Part shown: one piece after another, positions 1 to 13,470 of the stretch | Layout: the number at the start of each line of letters is the position of its first letter | Position numbering within the stretch: the stretch's first letter is position 1 | Source of the DNA: Eledone cirrhosa | Taxonomy: Eukaryota | Assembly (NCBI GenBank): GCA_964016885.1 | Contig: CAXHJY010000489.1 | Coordinates: forward strand, 1-64,000 | Reading direction: 5' to 3' | DNA: 64,000 nucleotides | Translations under genes and position numbers: made by a program | Notes under the pieces: generated by a model | What the model was told of the DNA's origin: nothing | The model's database searches: none | The model's input: only the letters and a program-made list of their open reading frames with translations

Positions 1-1008
1 TAGTAGAAGAACCTTAAATTATGGGTAGAGGAAGGTAGATTTCAGTTTTGGATGGAAATGAATATTATGAATGAATGATTATTTTAGGGAAGATATATAC
101 ATAGATATATACATGCATATATACATACATACAGATACATTTACACACACATATACACTTATATATACATATAATTATTGGGGGGGGGGGCATTAAATTT
201 ATTAGTGAGAAATAGTAAATAATATATATAGTTTTCAAGGAACATAGAGTCATAACCTGAAGTTAAAGCATTATATATGTTTACTTAATGGTATCAGTTT
301 TAGGAAATGATATTTGTATGAAGGAAAGCAAAATTATGTAGTTCATCAGTAGTAGAATATTAATTAATGTTAACTAAATTAAAAATAGTTTATATATTAA
401 TTTCAAAAGTGTATATTAATTAGGTTTATAATTTTTAAAGCAGAATTATGTAGTTCATCAGTGGTAGAATATTAATTATAGGTTAACTAAATTAAAAAAA
501 TAAATTATAAATTAATTTCTAAAGTGTATATTAATTAGGTTTATAATATTTAAAGGTTTTTCTCAGTTTATGATTACACGATATTATTAATTCCTGTCGC
601 TTATTTAATAGGATATCCTTAGATTTCATTATTTCAAAAAGTTCTTGGGAACATAATCTACATTCATTTCTACTATTTTGATAAGGGGTGGCCCTTTTGA
701 GCACACTCCAGGTCAGGTCATATTCTATATTCCTCTTTCTATAACTATTTATTATTTCAGCTAGAGATGTTGTATTAGCTAGTGCGGCATTTTTAAAGCT
801 ATGTTTGTGGGTATTAAATCTTACCTTAAATTTGTTAGAGGTAGCTCCTATATATGAATAAATTGAGTCCTTAGTATATAAATGTAAAGTTAACACTATG
901 TTGTTAACAAGGCAATTTCCTTTTAATGGACAGTTTGCCTTGTTTCTACAGTTACAACTTTTCGTGAATCCTGTATCTGAGGAGATATTATGGTTAGTTT
1001 GGTGTACT
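1..1008 (-). mobile_element. PLE family 1: inverted copy of the element 3' part (linker, GIY-YIG, 3' UTR), running off the window edge
   Basis: Reverse complement of ~2033-2947 plus ~3601-3693. ORF 531..896 is identical to the C-terminus of ORF 1031..2509. About 650 bp of UTR is missing relative to the + copy, and there are a few substitutions. Confidence 0.9.
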
Positions 1009-1030
1009 TGATGTACAAATTACTGATCTT

Positions 1031-2509
1031 GTGGGCCTCTTTCTTCTTTTTAACATAAATGCTTCTTTTCCACACCTTAAAGGTGGTTTATATCGTGACG
1101 ACTGTCTTCTTCTTTCCAATAACCTTAGCCTCTCAGAGATAGAAAAAAATAAAAAGCTTATTAGAACTTTCCTCAAAGACTATTATAGTCTAGATATTAC
1201 ATTTGAAAACACAAGTAAAGTAGTTAATTTCCTAGATATAACATTACACTTATCTACGGGTATCTACCAACCTTACCATAAACCCAACCAAAATTTACAC
1301 TACATACACTCACAATCTAATCACCCTAAATCTATCCTTAAAAACCTTGCATATAATATATCACTTAGAATTTCTAACCTTTCCTCTAACCAAGATGTAT
1401 TTGATAAAAATGCGACCTTTTATAACGAAGCTCTAGCTATAAGTGGCCACAAAAATAGATTAGTATATATACCTTCTACCAATAACACTACAAACATACA
1501 ACCTAATATTACCAACAAACACCAAATGAAACATACACACCTAAATGCTACTCACACTATACCCCAAAACACCAACATAAAACCAAATTTCTCTAACTCT
1601 TCTAATATACAGTATAGTAACTCTCAAAAAACTACTCATCCTACAACTCTAATAAATGTTAATAATAAAACTCCTAATAAACAAGCTAAAACACCTAAAT
1701 CAATAAATCTAACTAAAAATGTGTGTGGTGAGGTCATTAACAATAATTCTCTTAATAAACATCAGGATGCATCCTATAAAAACAATAAACAACATCGAAA
1801 CCGTAATAGACGAGTTACTTGGTACAATGCTCCATTTAACTTACAAATTAAGGATAATATACCTAAAAAATTCTTTAATATCCTAGAGAAAAACTTCCCG
1901 CCAAACCACAAATACCATCAAATCTTAAATAGATCAACGGTTAAATTCTCCTACTCAACAACCAAAAACATAAAACAAAATATAAGTGCCTATAATGCAT
2001 ATAAATGTAAAAAAACCATGAGTATACCACCAGTACATCAAACTAACCTTAATATCTCCTCAGATACAGGATTCACGAAAAGTTGTAACTGTAGAAACAA
2101 GGCAAACTGTCCATTAAAAGGAAATTGCCTTGTTAACAACATAGTGTTAACTTTACATTTATATACTAAGGACTCAATTTATTCATATATAGGAGCTACC
2201 TCTAACAAATTTAAGGTAAGATTTAATACCCACAAACATAGCTTTAAAAATGCCGCACTAGCTAATACAACATCTCTAGCTGAAATAATAAATAGTTATA
2301 GAAAGAGGAATATAGAATATGACCTGACCTGGAGTGTGCTCAAAAGGGCCACCCCTTATCAAAATAGTAGAAATGAATGTAGATTATGTTCCCAAGAACT
2401 TTTTGAAATAATGAAATCTAAGGATATCCTATTAAATAAGCGACAGGAATTAATAATATCGTGTAATCATAAACTGAGAAAAACCTTTAAATATTATAAA
2501 CCTAATTAA
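1031..2509 (+). pseudogene. Truncated PLE RT + GIY-YIG endonuclease ORF
   Basis: YRDD motif, long N/T/K-rich insert, RRVTWYNAPF, CNCRNKANCPLKGNC (CxCx5Cx5C), YIGATSNKFKVRF, CRLC. The N-terminal half of the RT is absent. Confidence 0.9.
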
Positions 2510-2715
2510 TATACACTTTAGAAATTAATTTATAATTTATTTTTTTAATTTAGTTAACCTATAATTAATATTCTACCACTGATGAACTACATAATTCTGC
2601 TTTAAAAATTATAAACCTAATTAATATACACTTTTGAAATTAATATATAAACTATTTTTAATTTAGTTAACATTAATTAATATTCTACTACTGATGAACT
2701 ACATAATTTTGCTTT
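2492..2715 (+). repeat. Diverged ~117-bp tandem duplication at the start of the PLE1 3' UTR
   Basis: ttataaacctaattaatatacac...ctgatgaactacataatt.tgcttt occurs twice. Confidence 0.85.
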
Positions 2716-2967
2716 CCTTCATACAAATATCATTTCCTAAAACTGATACCATTAAGTAAACATATATAATGCTTTAACTTCAGGTTATGACTCTATGTTC
2801 CTTGAAAACTATATATATTATTTACTATTTCTCACTAATAAATTTAATGCCCCCCCCCCCCCAATAATTATATGTATATATAAGTGTATATGTGTGTGTA
2901 AATGTATCTGTATGTATGTATATATGCATGTATATATCTATGTATATATATATATGTGTGTATATAT

Positions 2968-3001
<34 letters not shown>

Positions 3002-3044
3002 GTGTGTGTGTATGTGTATATATATGAGTATATATATATGTATA

Positions 3045-3119
<75 letters not shown>

Positions 3120-3798
3120 AAGTGTATATATATGTATGTATGAGTATATATATATATATATATTATTTTTATATTCTTTTAATTTACCCTCATCTTTAAC
3201 AGCACTTTTCAACTTCATCTAAATCTTATTTATCATATCTATATGTATTAGTATAATTTTATCAATATAAATATACCCATCAATTAAATTAATTTATATT
3301 CTGTTCAGAGATGTATTTTTTTCACTAACATTCTTATCTTAAAACTTTAGTCACCTTAGATATTTGTATTGGCATTACTATTTTATAACAGCAACTGCTT
3401 GTATACGTTTTACTGACCACCTGACCTATTTTCACCCCTAAAATAAGCTTCAATTACTACTATTTTACCATTTGGCCAATTATTAACTTTCTATTGGTTA
3501 ATTCTAAACCTCTTACCAAACAGACAGAATATATTAGATCTTTGTTGGTTTTATTCAATGAAAAAATAAAATTATTTCTGAGGTCAGCATAAGACCTATT
3601 TCTTCCCTAAAATAATCCTTCATTCATAATATTCTTTTCCATCCAAAACTGAAATCTACCTTCCTCTACCCATAATTTAAGGTTCTTCTACTACTATATT
3701 ACTATCCTGACCCTCACTATCTCTCTATTGGTCAATTCAAAACCTGTTCCCAAACAGACCTATTGTATTGAATCTTTGTTTATTTCAATAAACAATTA

Positions 3799-3942
3799 TC
3801 ATTATTTCTGAAGACAGCATATATATATATGTAGGTATGTATATTCCCTCTGATAGTTTGTATAAATATTGTACATAGATCTATAGAATATGCATACCAA
3901 CTCTAACACATATATATCCTAGAAACGATCGTAAAATGATGA
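3799..3942 (+). ncRNA. Type I hammerhead ribozyme with a ~107-nt stem II (PLE1)
   Basis: Stem I TCATTATTT/AAATGATGA (9 bp), CTGAAGA 3808-3814, GAAA 3922-3925, palindromic stem III ACGATCGT, GUA cleavage triplet ending at 3933. Stem II contains GGTATGTATATTC/GAATATGCATACC and ATATATATGT/ACATATATAT, but its basal pairs are imperfect. Confidence 0.75.
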
Positions 3943-3991
3943 ATTTTTTTAATATAAGGAACTGTTTCTTTGTTTATTCATTATTTTATTA

Positions 3992-4052
<61 letters not shown>

Positions 4053-4070
4053 ATTATATATTATATATAT

Positions 4071-4310
4071 TGAACACCAAAAACGTAAGGTGTTCAGGAT
4101 TGCTAGGCAATTTGTCAAGGAAAACCGTTATATTGTCGGGGAGAAGTGTGTCCTTAATGATGATGGTGTACTTGCCATCACTGACGCTGATAAGAAGGTA
4201 GCTTGGAAGTGTCACTACGAAAGGCTACTAAATGAGGAGAAAGACAGTCTCCCCCACATCGATCCAATAGAGGGACCAGCAGTGTTAGTCGAAGGTAGTA
4301 TAATAAGGTA
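4071..4310 (+). mobile_element. RTE LINE internal fragment
   Basis: EHQKRKVFRIARQFVKENR...IEGPAVLVEGSII matches the RTE copy at ~12570-12820 (-). Confidence 0.9.
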
Positions 4311-4425
4311 GTAATAAATTACTGACCTTCACTGTTTAGGGTTTAAAATATATATAACTATAAAAAGTTTTAGTATATACATAACCATGAATAGTATCCT
4401 TAATATTATATATATATATATATTT

Positions 4426-4610
4426 GTGTCTACTTTAGGCACAAGGCCAGCAAATACCTAGTTCATTACTGGTACTTTATTTTATCGACCCCGTAAGGAT
4501 GAAAGGCAAAGTCAACCTCGGCGGGATTTGAACTCAGATCGTAAAGGGACGTAACTATACTGGAAAGCATGGCGTCCGACCCTCTACCGATACTGCCAAT
4601 CCACCGCCTT
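4426..4610 (-). mobile_element. tRNA-derived SINE with a Nin-type central domain
   Basis: Minus strand: A-box-like TGGCAGTATCGG, B box GAGTTCAAATCC, then GCCTTTCATCCTTACGGGGTCGATAAAATAAAGTACCAG. Flanked by TA tracts. Confidence 0.75.
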
Positions 4611-4671
4611 ATATATATATATTATAGTGACGAAACATAAGTCAATTGCATGAACTCATAATCCTTTATTT

Positions 4672-4727
4672 ACTGCTATATATATTTCAATGATAGCCAT
4701 TGAATGGCTATGACCTCATCATGCAGT
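4672..4727 (-). ncRNA. Minimal hammerhead ribozyme with a C3->A substitution, in a probable PLE pseudo-LTR relic
   Basis: Minus strand reads ACTGC ATGATGA ggtcatagcca-ttcaa-tggctatcatt GAAA TATATA TA GCAGT, followed by AAATAAA. Confidence 0.7.
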
Positions 4728-5198
4728 TAGTCAGTTCTTAGATATGCCAGCTCTGTGTTTATAGGGTTGATGGTATCAGAGCCTTGGGACATATGAGCTT
4801 GTTAGAAATAATTTAATGTTGTCACCAGGAATAGTCTTAATTCTCATTGGTCAGTTTGTAGATGCTAGTAGGGTTGGTATTTGACCTCAAAGAGGCAGGT
4901 GGTGTTGTAAATTTCAAACCATCAGGCAAAATGACAATAGTTCCATATGACTGATTTTCACAAAAAGCATTCCTGGTCAGATATATATTCAATTAAGGTT
5001 AATAGTATGAAATAGATACTACAGGTCATTCTTAAATTGAGGAATTTATGTGGAGTGGGGCTACTGAAAATTATGGTTAGAGTAAAAAATGTACAAATAA
5101 AAAGACTTATGTAGGTTGGCTTGCACATACACTCACACCCACCTCCACAGATACACACACACATCCACACATACAATTTGAGGAATTAATGAATTAAT

Positions 5199-5248
5199 TG
5201 TTTCTACTTTAGGCACAAGGCCAGCAATTACCAGTGCATTACTGGTAC
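5199..5248 (-). mobile_element. 5'-truncated SINE 3' end with a 13-bp target-site duplication
   Basis: Matches 4430-4477. TTAATGAATTAAT flanks it at 5186-5198 and 5249-5261. Confidence 0.8.
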
Positions 5249-5409
5249 TTAATGAATTAATGTGGGGTGGTAATACTTAAAATAATGGTTAGAGTCAAAT
5301 ACTTAGTTTAGAAAATTTAGAAATAAAAGTATTCTGTTGGTTGACTTGTACATACATTCACACCTACCCCCTCAGACACACACACATCTACACACACAAA
5401 TCCATACAG

Positions 5410-5865
5410 GTGTGTATATATATATATGTACGCACAAGTATATATATACATATATAAAATATACATATATATATAAAACATATATATATAAAGTATATAT
5501 ATACATTAAATACACATATATACATAAAACATACATACATATAAAATACATACACATTTAAAATATACATATACACATATATATACATATATAGAGAGAG
5601 AATATACATACATATACACATAAAATACATATATATACATATATATATATAAAATACATATATATATATATATACACATATATAAAATACACATATATAC
5701 ACACATAAAATATATATATATAATATATAAAATACACATATATATACACACATAAAGTATATATATATAATATATAAAATACACATATATACACACATAA
5801 AATATATATATATAATATATAAAATACACATATATACACACATAAAATATATATATATATATATA
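5410..5865. repeat. TA/CA compound micro/minisatellite
   Basis: Repeats of aaaatacacatatatacacacataaaatatatatatataatatat. Confidence 0.9.
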
Positions 5866-5995
5866 TGGAAAATTATATTTAAATTGTTGGGTTACAACTA
5901 GTAAATATTTATAACTGATATAAAAGCACTCGACAAGTATTTGGAGTATATTTACAATATTAAATAAATGGAAACTATATTTATAAAACCATATT

Positions 5996-6061
5996 TATTT
6001 CATTATATATATTTCAGGGATATCATATTAACAATATGCTATGCCTTCCTCAGACAAAATA
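5996..6061 (-). ncRNA. Minimal hammerhead ribozyme (PLE2, 3' copy)
   Basis: TATTTTGT CTGAGGA aggcatagcatatt-gtt-aatatgatatccct GAAA TATATA TA ATGAAATA: 8-bp stem I and palindromic stem III. Confidence 0.85.
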
Positions 6062-7413
6062 CAATATAAACAGTTTTATAGATAAATAGATTCGACATAC
6101 CGTAACAACATCGACTTGTATTTGAAAAAGTTGAATTGGCAGTGAAAAAATTGTACACAGAGAGAAAGAAAGAGAGAAAAAAGAAAAGAAAGATAGAAAA
6201 CGAAGAAAAAGAAGAAAAAGAAGAAATGCATGGAACAAAATAGAGAGATGGAAAGATAGATAAAGAGAAGAACTTCATGTAAAGAAACAGAGAGATATAT
6301 ATATAGAGAGAGAGAGGAAATAGAGATAGATACATACATATAGAAAACTAGGTAGTGGGACGTCCGTTGAGTAAACGTATCAATGATACATTTATTTATT
6401 TATTTATTTATTTAGCTCTAGTATTAATGTAAGGGAGATATATGGAGAGAAACCAGCTGTTATATAGAGAGAAAAATTTAAAAATAACCAGTCATAGGCG
6501 AGGCGTAAAAACCCTATGTTTTAATGTAGAGGTATTAGTATGTATAAAAAAACCAGCCACTATATTGTAAATATCAGTATTCCTGAATGAGACATGTATC
6601 CATAATGTGTGAAAATTAATGATCTTATGTTTAGTTTTTTTAAAAAATTCATATGTTTATGTGATAACTACAAACATCTATGTAAATTTACATGATCAAC
6701 TCTGCAACCCTAAGTTCACGGAAAACATTCTCATTGTGGTATAAAAATTTAAGTATACATATATGTGTATATATATATACACACAAATATATATAGAGTC
6801 AATATTACTACTATTTCTGTCATTTACTCTACAAGATTATCTATCAAGTAGAAATAGAGAGCAGATTTCAATATACTAATAACAATATATATCAGAAACA
6901 AAACTAAAAGATAACAATAATAATAATAAGTAATAATAAAATAATAAAATAGAAAACTAAAATATATTACGAAAGAATATTACATATTAAAAATATTACA
7001 TATTAAAAATATTAAAAATAAAAATATTAGAAAATACTACAATAATAAAAATAAAAATAAACCACAAAGATCAACCCTTCAAAATTAATTGACAATATAT
7101 TGCCAAGTTCATTATAAGCATCAGAGTCGAAAAACAGATAAAGCCAAAAATTATCTATCAAATCGCATCTAGCAAAGATCATTTCAAAAAGTTTAGGATG
7201 CCCATTTGGTCTACATGTGTTCTTATATTTAATATAGAAGTTTATCTAGTGTAACGTTTATTCGAAATATTTGGAGCATCAACTTTTAGGGTAGCTTAAT
7301 TTTTCATGAAGAATGTTTAAATAAAAATAAAAATAAAAATAAAAAGAATAAAAAGAAGAAATCAAAGATTTATCGGCTAGTTTCCCATATAATTATAAAT
7401 CAAACTAAATATA

Positions 7414-9613
7414 CTACATTTTAAATTTAAATTTATATTTAAACGTTGAGTTTAATCTATGTTTGCAGCAACTGAATAAATTTGTCCGTAGATTAAGGGA
7501 ATTTTTAGATTTTAGTATAAAGAATATCTCCTCTGCGCAGAGGTCACATGTCTCAGAGGATGAATTAAAAGGAATCCCTCTTGAGACTATATTCCAAGCC
7601 GTCGAATATCTAACGTTATCTAGCTTAAGTTGCCAGAGTACGCCTGATAGTGCCGTTGAAGATTTTTTGCTTGGATCTGTGAAAGAATTCTTGTGGTTAT
7701 TATAGCGAAGTTTAAATTCCGTCGATGTGGAACCGACGTAGTTAAAAGAATTAGAGTCAGTATTAACATTACAATTGTATACTATATTTTTAACTAAGCA
7801 GTTGTTATTTAACGGACATTTAGATCTATCTCTACAGTTACATTTGTTAACTTGTATATTATTTATGCTATTATCACTAGGTTTTAAGTTCCTATTATTT
7901 ATTCTATTAATATTTTGTGCTAAATTTTTGGTGGATGAGTAGGTTAATTTTATTGTATGTCTATTGAAAATTGAGTGATACCTATGTGTTCTAGGGAAGC
8001 GATTATCAAGAGCTTTAAAAAATAGTTTAGCGATGTGGGTTTTAATGTTTAGTGAGAAAGGGGGGGCAAACCAAATTATGTTCCTAGTTCTATTTCTTTT
8101 TTGGCCTTTGGAATTATTGTAATGCTTTCTATTATAGTTGTTAAGGTTGTTGCCGTAATTAAAATAGTTGTTATTTTGTTTAGTTTGTCTATCATTATCT
8201 ATGTACACAATCTTATCAGCATATCCTGCTCTAGCTAATGCTTCATTGTAGTATTGGGCTTTTTCGTCGAAAATCTTTCTATTCGACGAGATCCTAGAGA
8301 TACGTTTTTGAACAGAGTTTACTATAGTGTTTTTGACAGATCTGGGGTGGTTAGAGTTAAAGTTGACATAGTTTAAGTTTTCATTCAACTTGTGAAAAGG
8401 ATAGTGAAGACATGTGTTGAGATTTAATGTTATATCTAGGAAATTGACTATTCTATGGTTGTTCTCAATTTCTATTTTAAGATTAAAGTAATTAAAAAAT
8501 TGTGTAATTTGTTTACATTTTCTATTTAGTTCAGAGTTATTATTATCAATAAGTAAAAGCATGTCATCTCTATATAAACCTCCGGTAGTACCAGGTATTT
8601 TCCTATGTAGCGAATTGATTAAAAATAAGCCCACAAGGTCAGTTACCTGAGCTGAGTCGGATGATCCCATAGTAATGTCAAAATTGCTATCTCTATCTGC
8701 TCTGGTCCATAGTTGGTCATTAAATTCTATCAAAGTTTTCCTAGCCGATAATATAATATGCATTTCATTGCTAGTTAGGTCAGTATGTTTGAATGCGTAA
8801 TTTAGTGCCTTATTTAGTAGATTAGGGGTAATAGAAGAATAATAGTTAGCTATATCAAGTTGAATAAACTTATTATTATTGTTATATTTAATTTGCTTAA
8901 ACCACTCAACAACCTCTCCAGTTCCCTTCCACAAGCTCAGGTTAGATAAACAATCCAAGTTCTTAATTTGCTGTATCACCCTGTCAAGAATGTTTTTGCT
9001 TAATTTGCCCAGGTCCGATCAATCTAACTGGCAAGTCATTTTCAAAATTCCTCTTGTGATCTTTCATATTGATCTTCGGTTTCCTGGGCACGAAAGGTTG
9101 TGTTCTGTTCTCAATTTCCAACTCGTGCATTATACAAGATGCTTCGACATTCATTTTCTCAAGCTCGGCCTTATCTGCTACCTTGTACTTTTTCCTCAGC
9201 TCTTTCAGTATGAGGCCATTATACATGTCTTTCTGCATTCCATAGAGGTTGTTGGTCTTGTCAGATTTCACCAAGATCTTCTCAGTTCTCTCTAAGCTCT
9301 CAATGTTATCCTTAATGCCTTTCAGATATTCCTGGCCTTTGAAGTTTCTCTTGAATTTGACCCCTTGTATGATAGAAATTATATCGTTTTCAAAGTCAGA
9401 TAAAAGTTTGTTAGGGGGTGGATTTCTTTTAGATTTGAAAACTTTGTTTAAGTCCGAGACATTTTCATTTATATTAGATTTATCAAAGTGGAATGCTCGC
9501 CACCTGATTCTCCTTATAAAAGAGTCAGATTTATCTATTAATTGTTTTATAAAGTCTTTGTTTCTAGGTAGAGGTATGTCTTTTAAAGAGGAAGTAATCT
9601 TAAAGAATTCCAT
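7414..9613 (-). pseudogene. PLE RT-GIY-YIG ORF with one frameshift near 9015
   Basis: ORFs 8984..9613 and 7414..8979 join as RL[..]SDLGKLSKNILDRVIQQ, versus RLINPAKSEVG in family 3. Motifs: QLDIANYY, GSSDSAQVTDL, YRDD, CNCRDRSKCPLNNNC, YVGSTSTEFKLRY, CDLC. Confidence 0.93.
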
Positions 9614-9774
9614 TTTTCCAGTTATAATATAAAGCGCTCAACGGTATTGGAGCAAGATACATGGAAAATTATATTTAAATTGTTGGGTTACAACTGATAT
9701 AAAAGCACTCGACAAGTATTTGGAGTATATTTACAATATTAAATAAATGGAAACTATATTTATAAAACCATATT

Positions 9775-9840
9775 TATTTCATTATATATATTTCAGGGAT
9801 ATCATATTAACAATATGCTATGCCTTCCTCAGACAAAATA
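9775..9840 (-). ncRNA. Minimal hammerhead ribozyme (PLE2, 5' pseudo-LTR copy)
   Basis: Same sequence as 5996-6061. Confidence 0.85.
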
Positions 9841-9969
9841 CAATATTTTTTTTTCTCTCTTTCTTTCTCTCTGTGTACAATTTTTTCACTGCCAATTCAA
9901 CTTTTTCAAATACAAGTCGATGTTGTTACGGTATGTCGAATCTATTTATCTATAAAACTGTTTATATTG

Positions 9970-10035
9970 TATTTTGTCTGAGGAAGGCATAGCATATTGT
10001 TAATATGATATCCCTGAAATATATATAATGAAATA
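9970..10035 (+). ncRNA. Minimal hammerhead ribozyme (PLE2, inverted copy)
   Basis: CTGAGGA 9978-9984, GAAA 10016-10019, predicted cleavage after A10027. Confidence 0.85.
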
Positions 10036-10079
10036 AATATGGTTTTATAAATATAGTTTCCATTTATTTAATATTGTAT

Positions 10080-10122
<43 letters not shown>

Positions 10123-10170
10123 TATATATATATAATATATATATATATAATATATATATATATAAATAAT

Positions 10171-10876
<706 letters not shown>

Positions 10877-10928
10877 GGGTGTATTTTGTTAAATATGCCT
10901 ACTAAATGTAGTAGGTTTTACTTTGTAT

Positions 10929-13470
10929 TTAGGTAAGGCGGGTCTTCTCTATTACTGAGTACCGCCAAAGGTTTCGGTCCAGTGACATTGTCTTGGAGAG
11001 GTGTAAGTGTGTGAGGTCGGAATTTATCAAGTCGTCCCAGGTTCTTCTGGGTCTGCCTACTCCGTGGCTACCGTGCCTGCTCCGTGGCTACCGTGCCCTG
11101 CACTTTTTTATACAGCTGTCGTCTTTCATGCGCATCACGTGACCATACCAACGTAGCCTTCTCTCGAGTAAACAACATCTGATCCCTCTTATTTCTAATT
11201 TTTTCCTTAGTTTGTTTATGCTTTGCCGTTCACGTATATTACTATTACACATCTAGCGGAGCATGCAAGCTTCGTTCCTCTCTAGTCTGCGTATATCCTC
11301 TGCACACAATGCCCAGGTCTCACTGCCATGCAACATTGCTGTTCGTATGCAGGCATCATACAACCTGCCTTTCATTTTTAGGGAGAACCCTTTAGCGGCT
11401 AATAGTCATATAAGCTCTCTGAACTTTTTCCATCCAGTTCTGACTCTAGCTACTGTACTTTCAGAGCACCCTCCCCCACTGCTGATTTTGTCCCCCAGGT
11501 AACGGAAGCTGTCCACTATTTCTATAGAACGCTCTGCGCAATTGAAAGAGCTAGTATTTCGTGGGCACTTGCTGCTACTTATTGCACCAGAGCACCGGCC
11601 ACATGTAAAATCTATGTTCTTAGTTAGCTTACCTGTGATCCCACTACATCTTTTATGCACCCATACTTTGCATTTGGGACATAAAATGGAGTTTCTACCT
11701 ACGCCTTTCCTACACACTGAGCATGGCCATTTCCCGGAAGGGACCGGCGCCTTATTTTCTTTCCTACAAACTAGAACTTTAGTCTTAGCCAGGTTAATTT
11801 TAAGGCCTTTTGATTCTAGGCCTTGCTTCCATGTTTGGAATTTCTTCTCTAGCTCAGCCATTGATTCAGCTATGAGCGTTAGATCATCTGCGTATAGGAG
11901 TTCCCATGGGCAGCCAGTCTTGAACTCCTCTGTTATAGCCTGAAGGGCAATAATAAATAGTAGGGGGCTAAGAACAGAGCCCTGATGGACACCAACTTTT
12001 ACGCTAAACTCTTCACTATATTCGTTGTTAATTCTAACCTTGCTGACTGTTTCTTTATACATGGCTTGTATAGCTCTCACAAGCCATTCCTCAACACCTA
12101 GTTTTCTAAGAGCCCACCAGATAATGGAACGGGGGACTCTGTCGAAGGCTTTCTCCAAGTCGACAAAGGCTAAGTATAGGGGTTTACTTTTAGCCAGGTA
12201 CTTCTCCTGTAGTTGTCGTACAATGAAAAGAGCGTCTGTGGTACTTTTGCCTGACACAAACCCGAACTGCATTTCATCTAGATCGATTCTCTCTCTGATT
12301 AGTTGCACTATTACTTTTTCCGTGACCTTCATGACCTGGTCGATTAATTTAATGCCTCTATAGTTACTCCTATCTAGGGCATCTCCTTTACCCTTGTAAC
12401 AGTTAATGATGATGCTGTTATGCCAGTCCTTCGGAACAACCCCATTCTGTATGACTTGGTTTACTATCCGGGTGACCATGGTGTGTCCCACCGTTCCAGA
12501 GGCCTTCAGCATCTCAGCAACTATTTCCGAAGGCCCAGCCACCTTACCCGTCTTCATATCTTTGATTGCCTTACTTATTATACTACCTTCAACTAACACT
12601 GCTGGTCCCTCTATTGGATTGATCTGGGGGAGACTATCCTTCTCCCATTTATTCTCCTCATTTAGTAGCCTCTCGTAGTGACACTTCCAAGCGACCTTCT
12701 TATCAGCGTCAGTGATGGCGAGTACGCCATCATCATTTAGTACACACTTCTCCTCAACAATATCACGGTTTTCCTTGACACATTGCCTAGCAATCCTGAA
12801 CACCTCACGTTTTTGGTCCTCGCGTTGTAGAACATGCTTGAACTTTCTTTCCTCTGCTTCCCTTCTTGCGAAGTACACTTGTCTCCTAGCTTCGCTCCTG
12901 GCCACTTGATAGTCTTCTCTACTTCCCCCATCCCGCCATACTTTCCAAGCCTGCTTTTTGGCCTTAATCGACTCCTCCACCTTAGTGTTCCACCACCATG
13001 TTACTCTCCTCCTGCCTATAGGCCTACTTCGTCTGCCGCCGTCAGCAGGTTTGCTTTCAGGAATTCCCACTGTTCCTCTATATTGTACGACTCTAAATGC
13101 GCTTCCTTACTGTCGAAAGCATCAAGTAATATGCTTTGAAATTTATTTCTGGATGTGGGGTCCTTTAGCTTCCATATTTTTCTCCTGAGGATAGTCCTCT
13201 TCTGCTGTCGAGTACGTCTCGTCCTGACTATGAGGTCGCTAATTATCAGTCTATGTTGGGAGGTGCATTCTTCATGGGGGAGGAATTTAGTGTTTACAAC
13301 AGTCACTCTGTCACGTCTTCTGGTAAGGATATAATCTACCTGGCTGGTATGTTCCCCTGATCTGTAGGTGATCAAGTGATTGTCTCGTTTTTTGAAGTTA
13401 GTGTTACAGATTGTTAGGTTATTTGCGTCACAGAATTCCAGGATTCTGGAGCCTTCCTCATTTCTAGTAC

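Larger units (their letters stand above)
1013..3995 (+). mobile_element. PLE family 1 (Hydra-clade-like), 5'-truncated with a 5' inversion
   Basis: Begins inside the RT (QITDLVGLFLL...GLYRDD...VNFLDITL). A microsatellite-rich 3' UTR with a hammerhead follows, and the copy ends in (TA)n. Confidence 0.88.
5865..10078 (-). mobile_element. PLE family 2, near full length, with direct 5' pseudo-LTR (9661-9846) and inverted pseudo-LTR (9847-10078)
   Basis: 9661-9846 repeats 5865-6067 (one 16-bp indel). 9847-10078 is the reverse complement of ~5953-6182. Both ends lie in (TA)n. Confidence 0.92.

Noticed and set aside
2570-2715. Two CTGATGA motifs in the PLE1 tandem duplication as hammerheads
   Set aside because: No stem II closes onto a GAAA and there is no convincing stem I. 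At most these are decayed relics.
5037-5410. Diverged tandem duplication of a ~140-bp unit
   Set aside because: It is real but looks like ordinary old repeat debris, with no coding or structural signal.
8984-9020. Selenocysteine readthrough or programmed frameshift between the two PLE2 ORFs
   Set aside because: The ORFs are in different frames and conserved residues (NPAK-like) are missing, which indicates a deletion rather than recoding.
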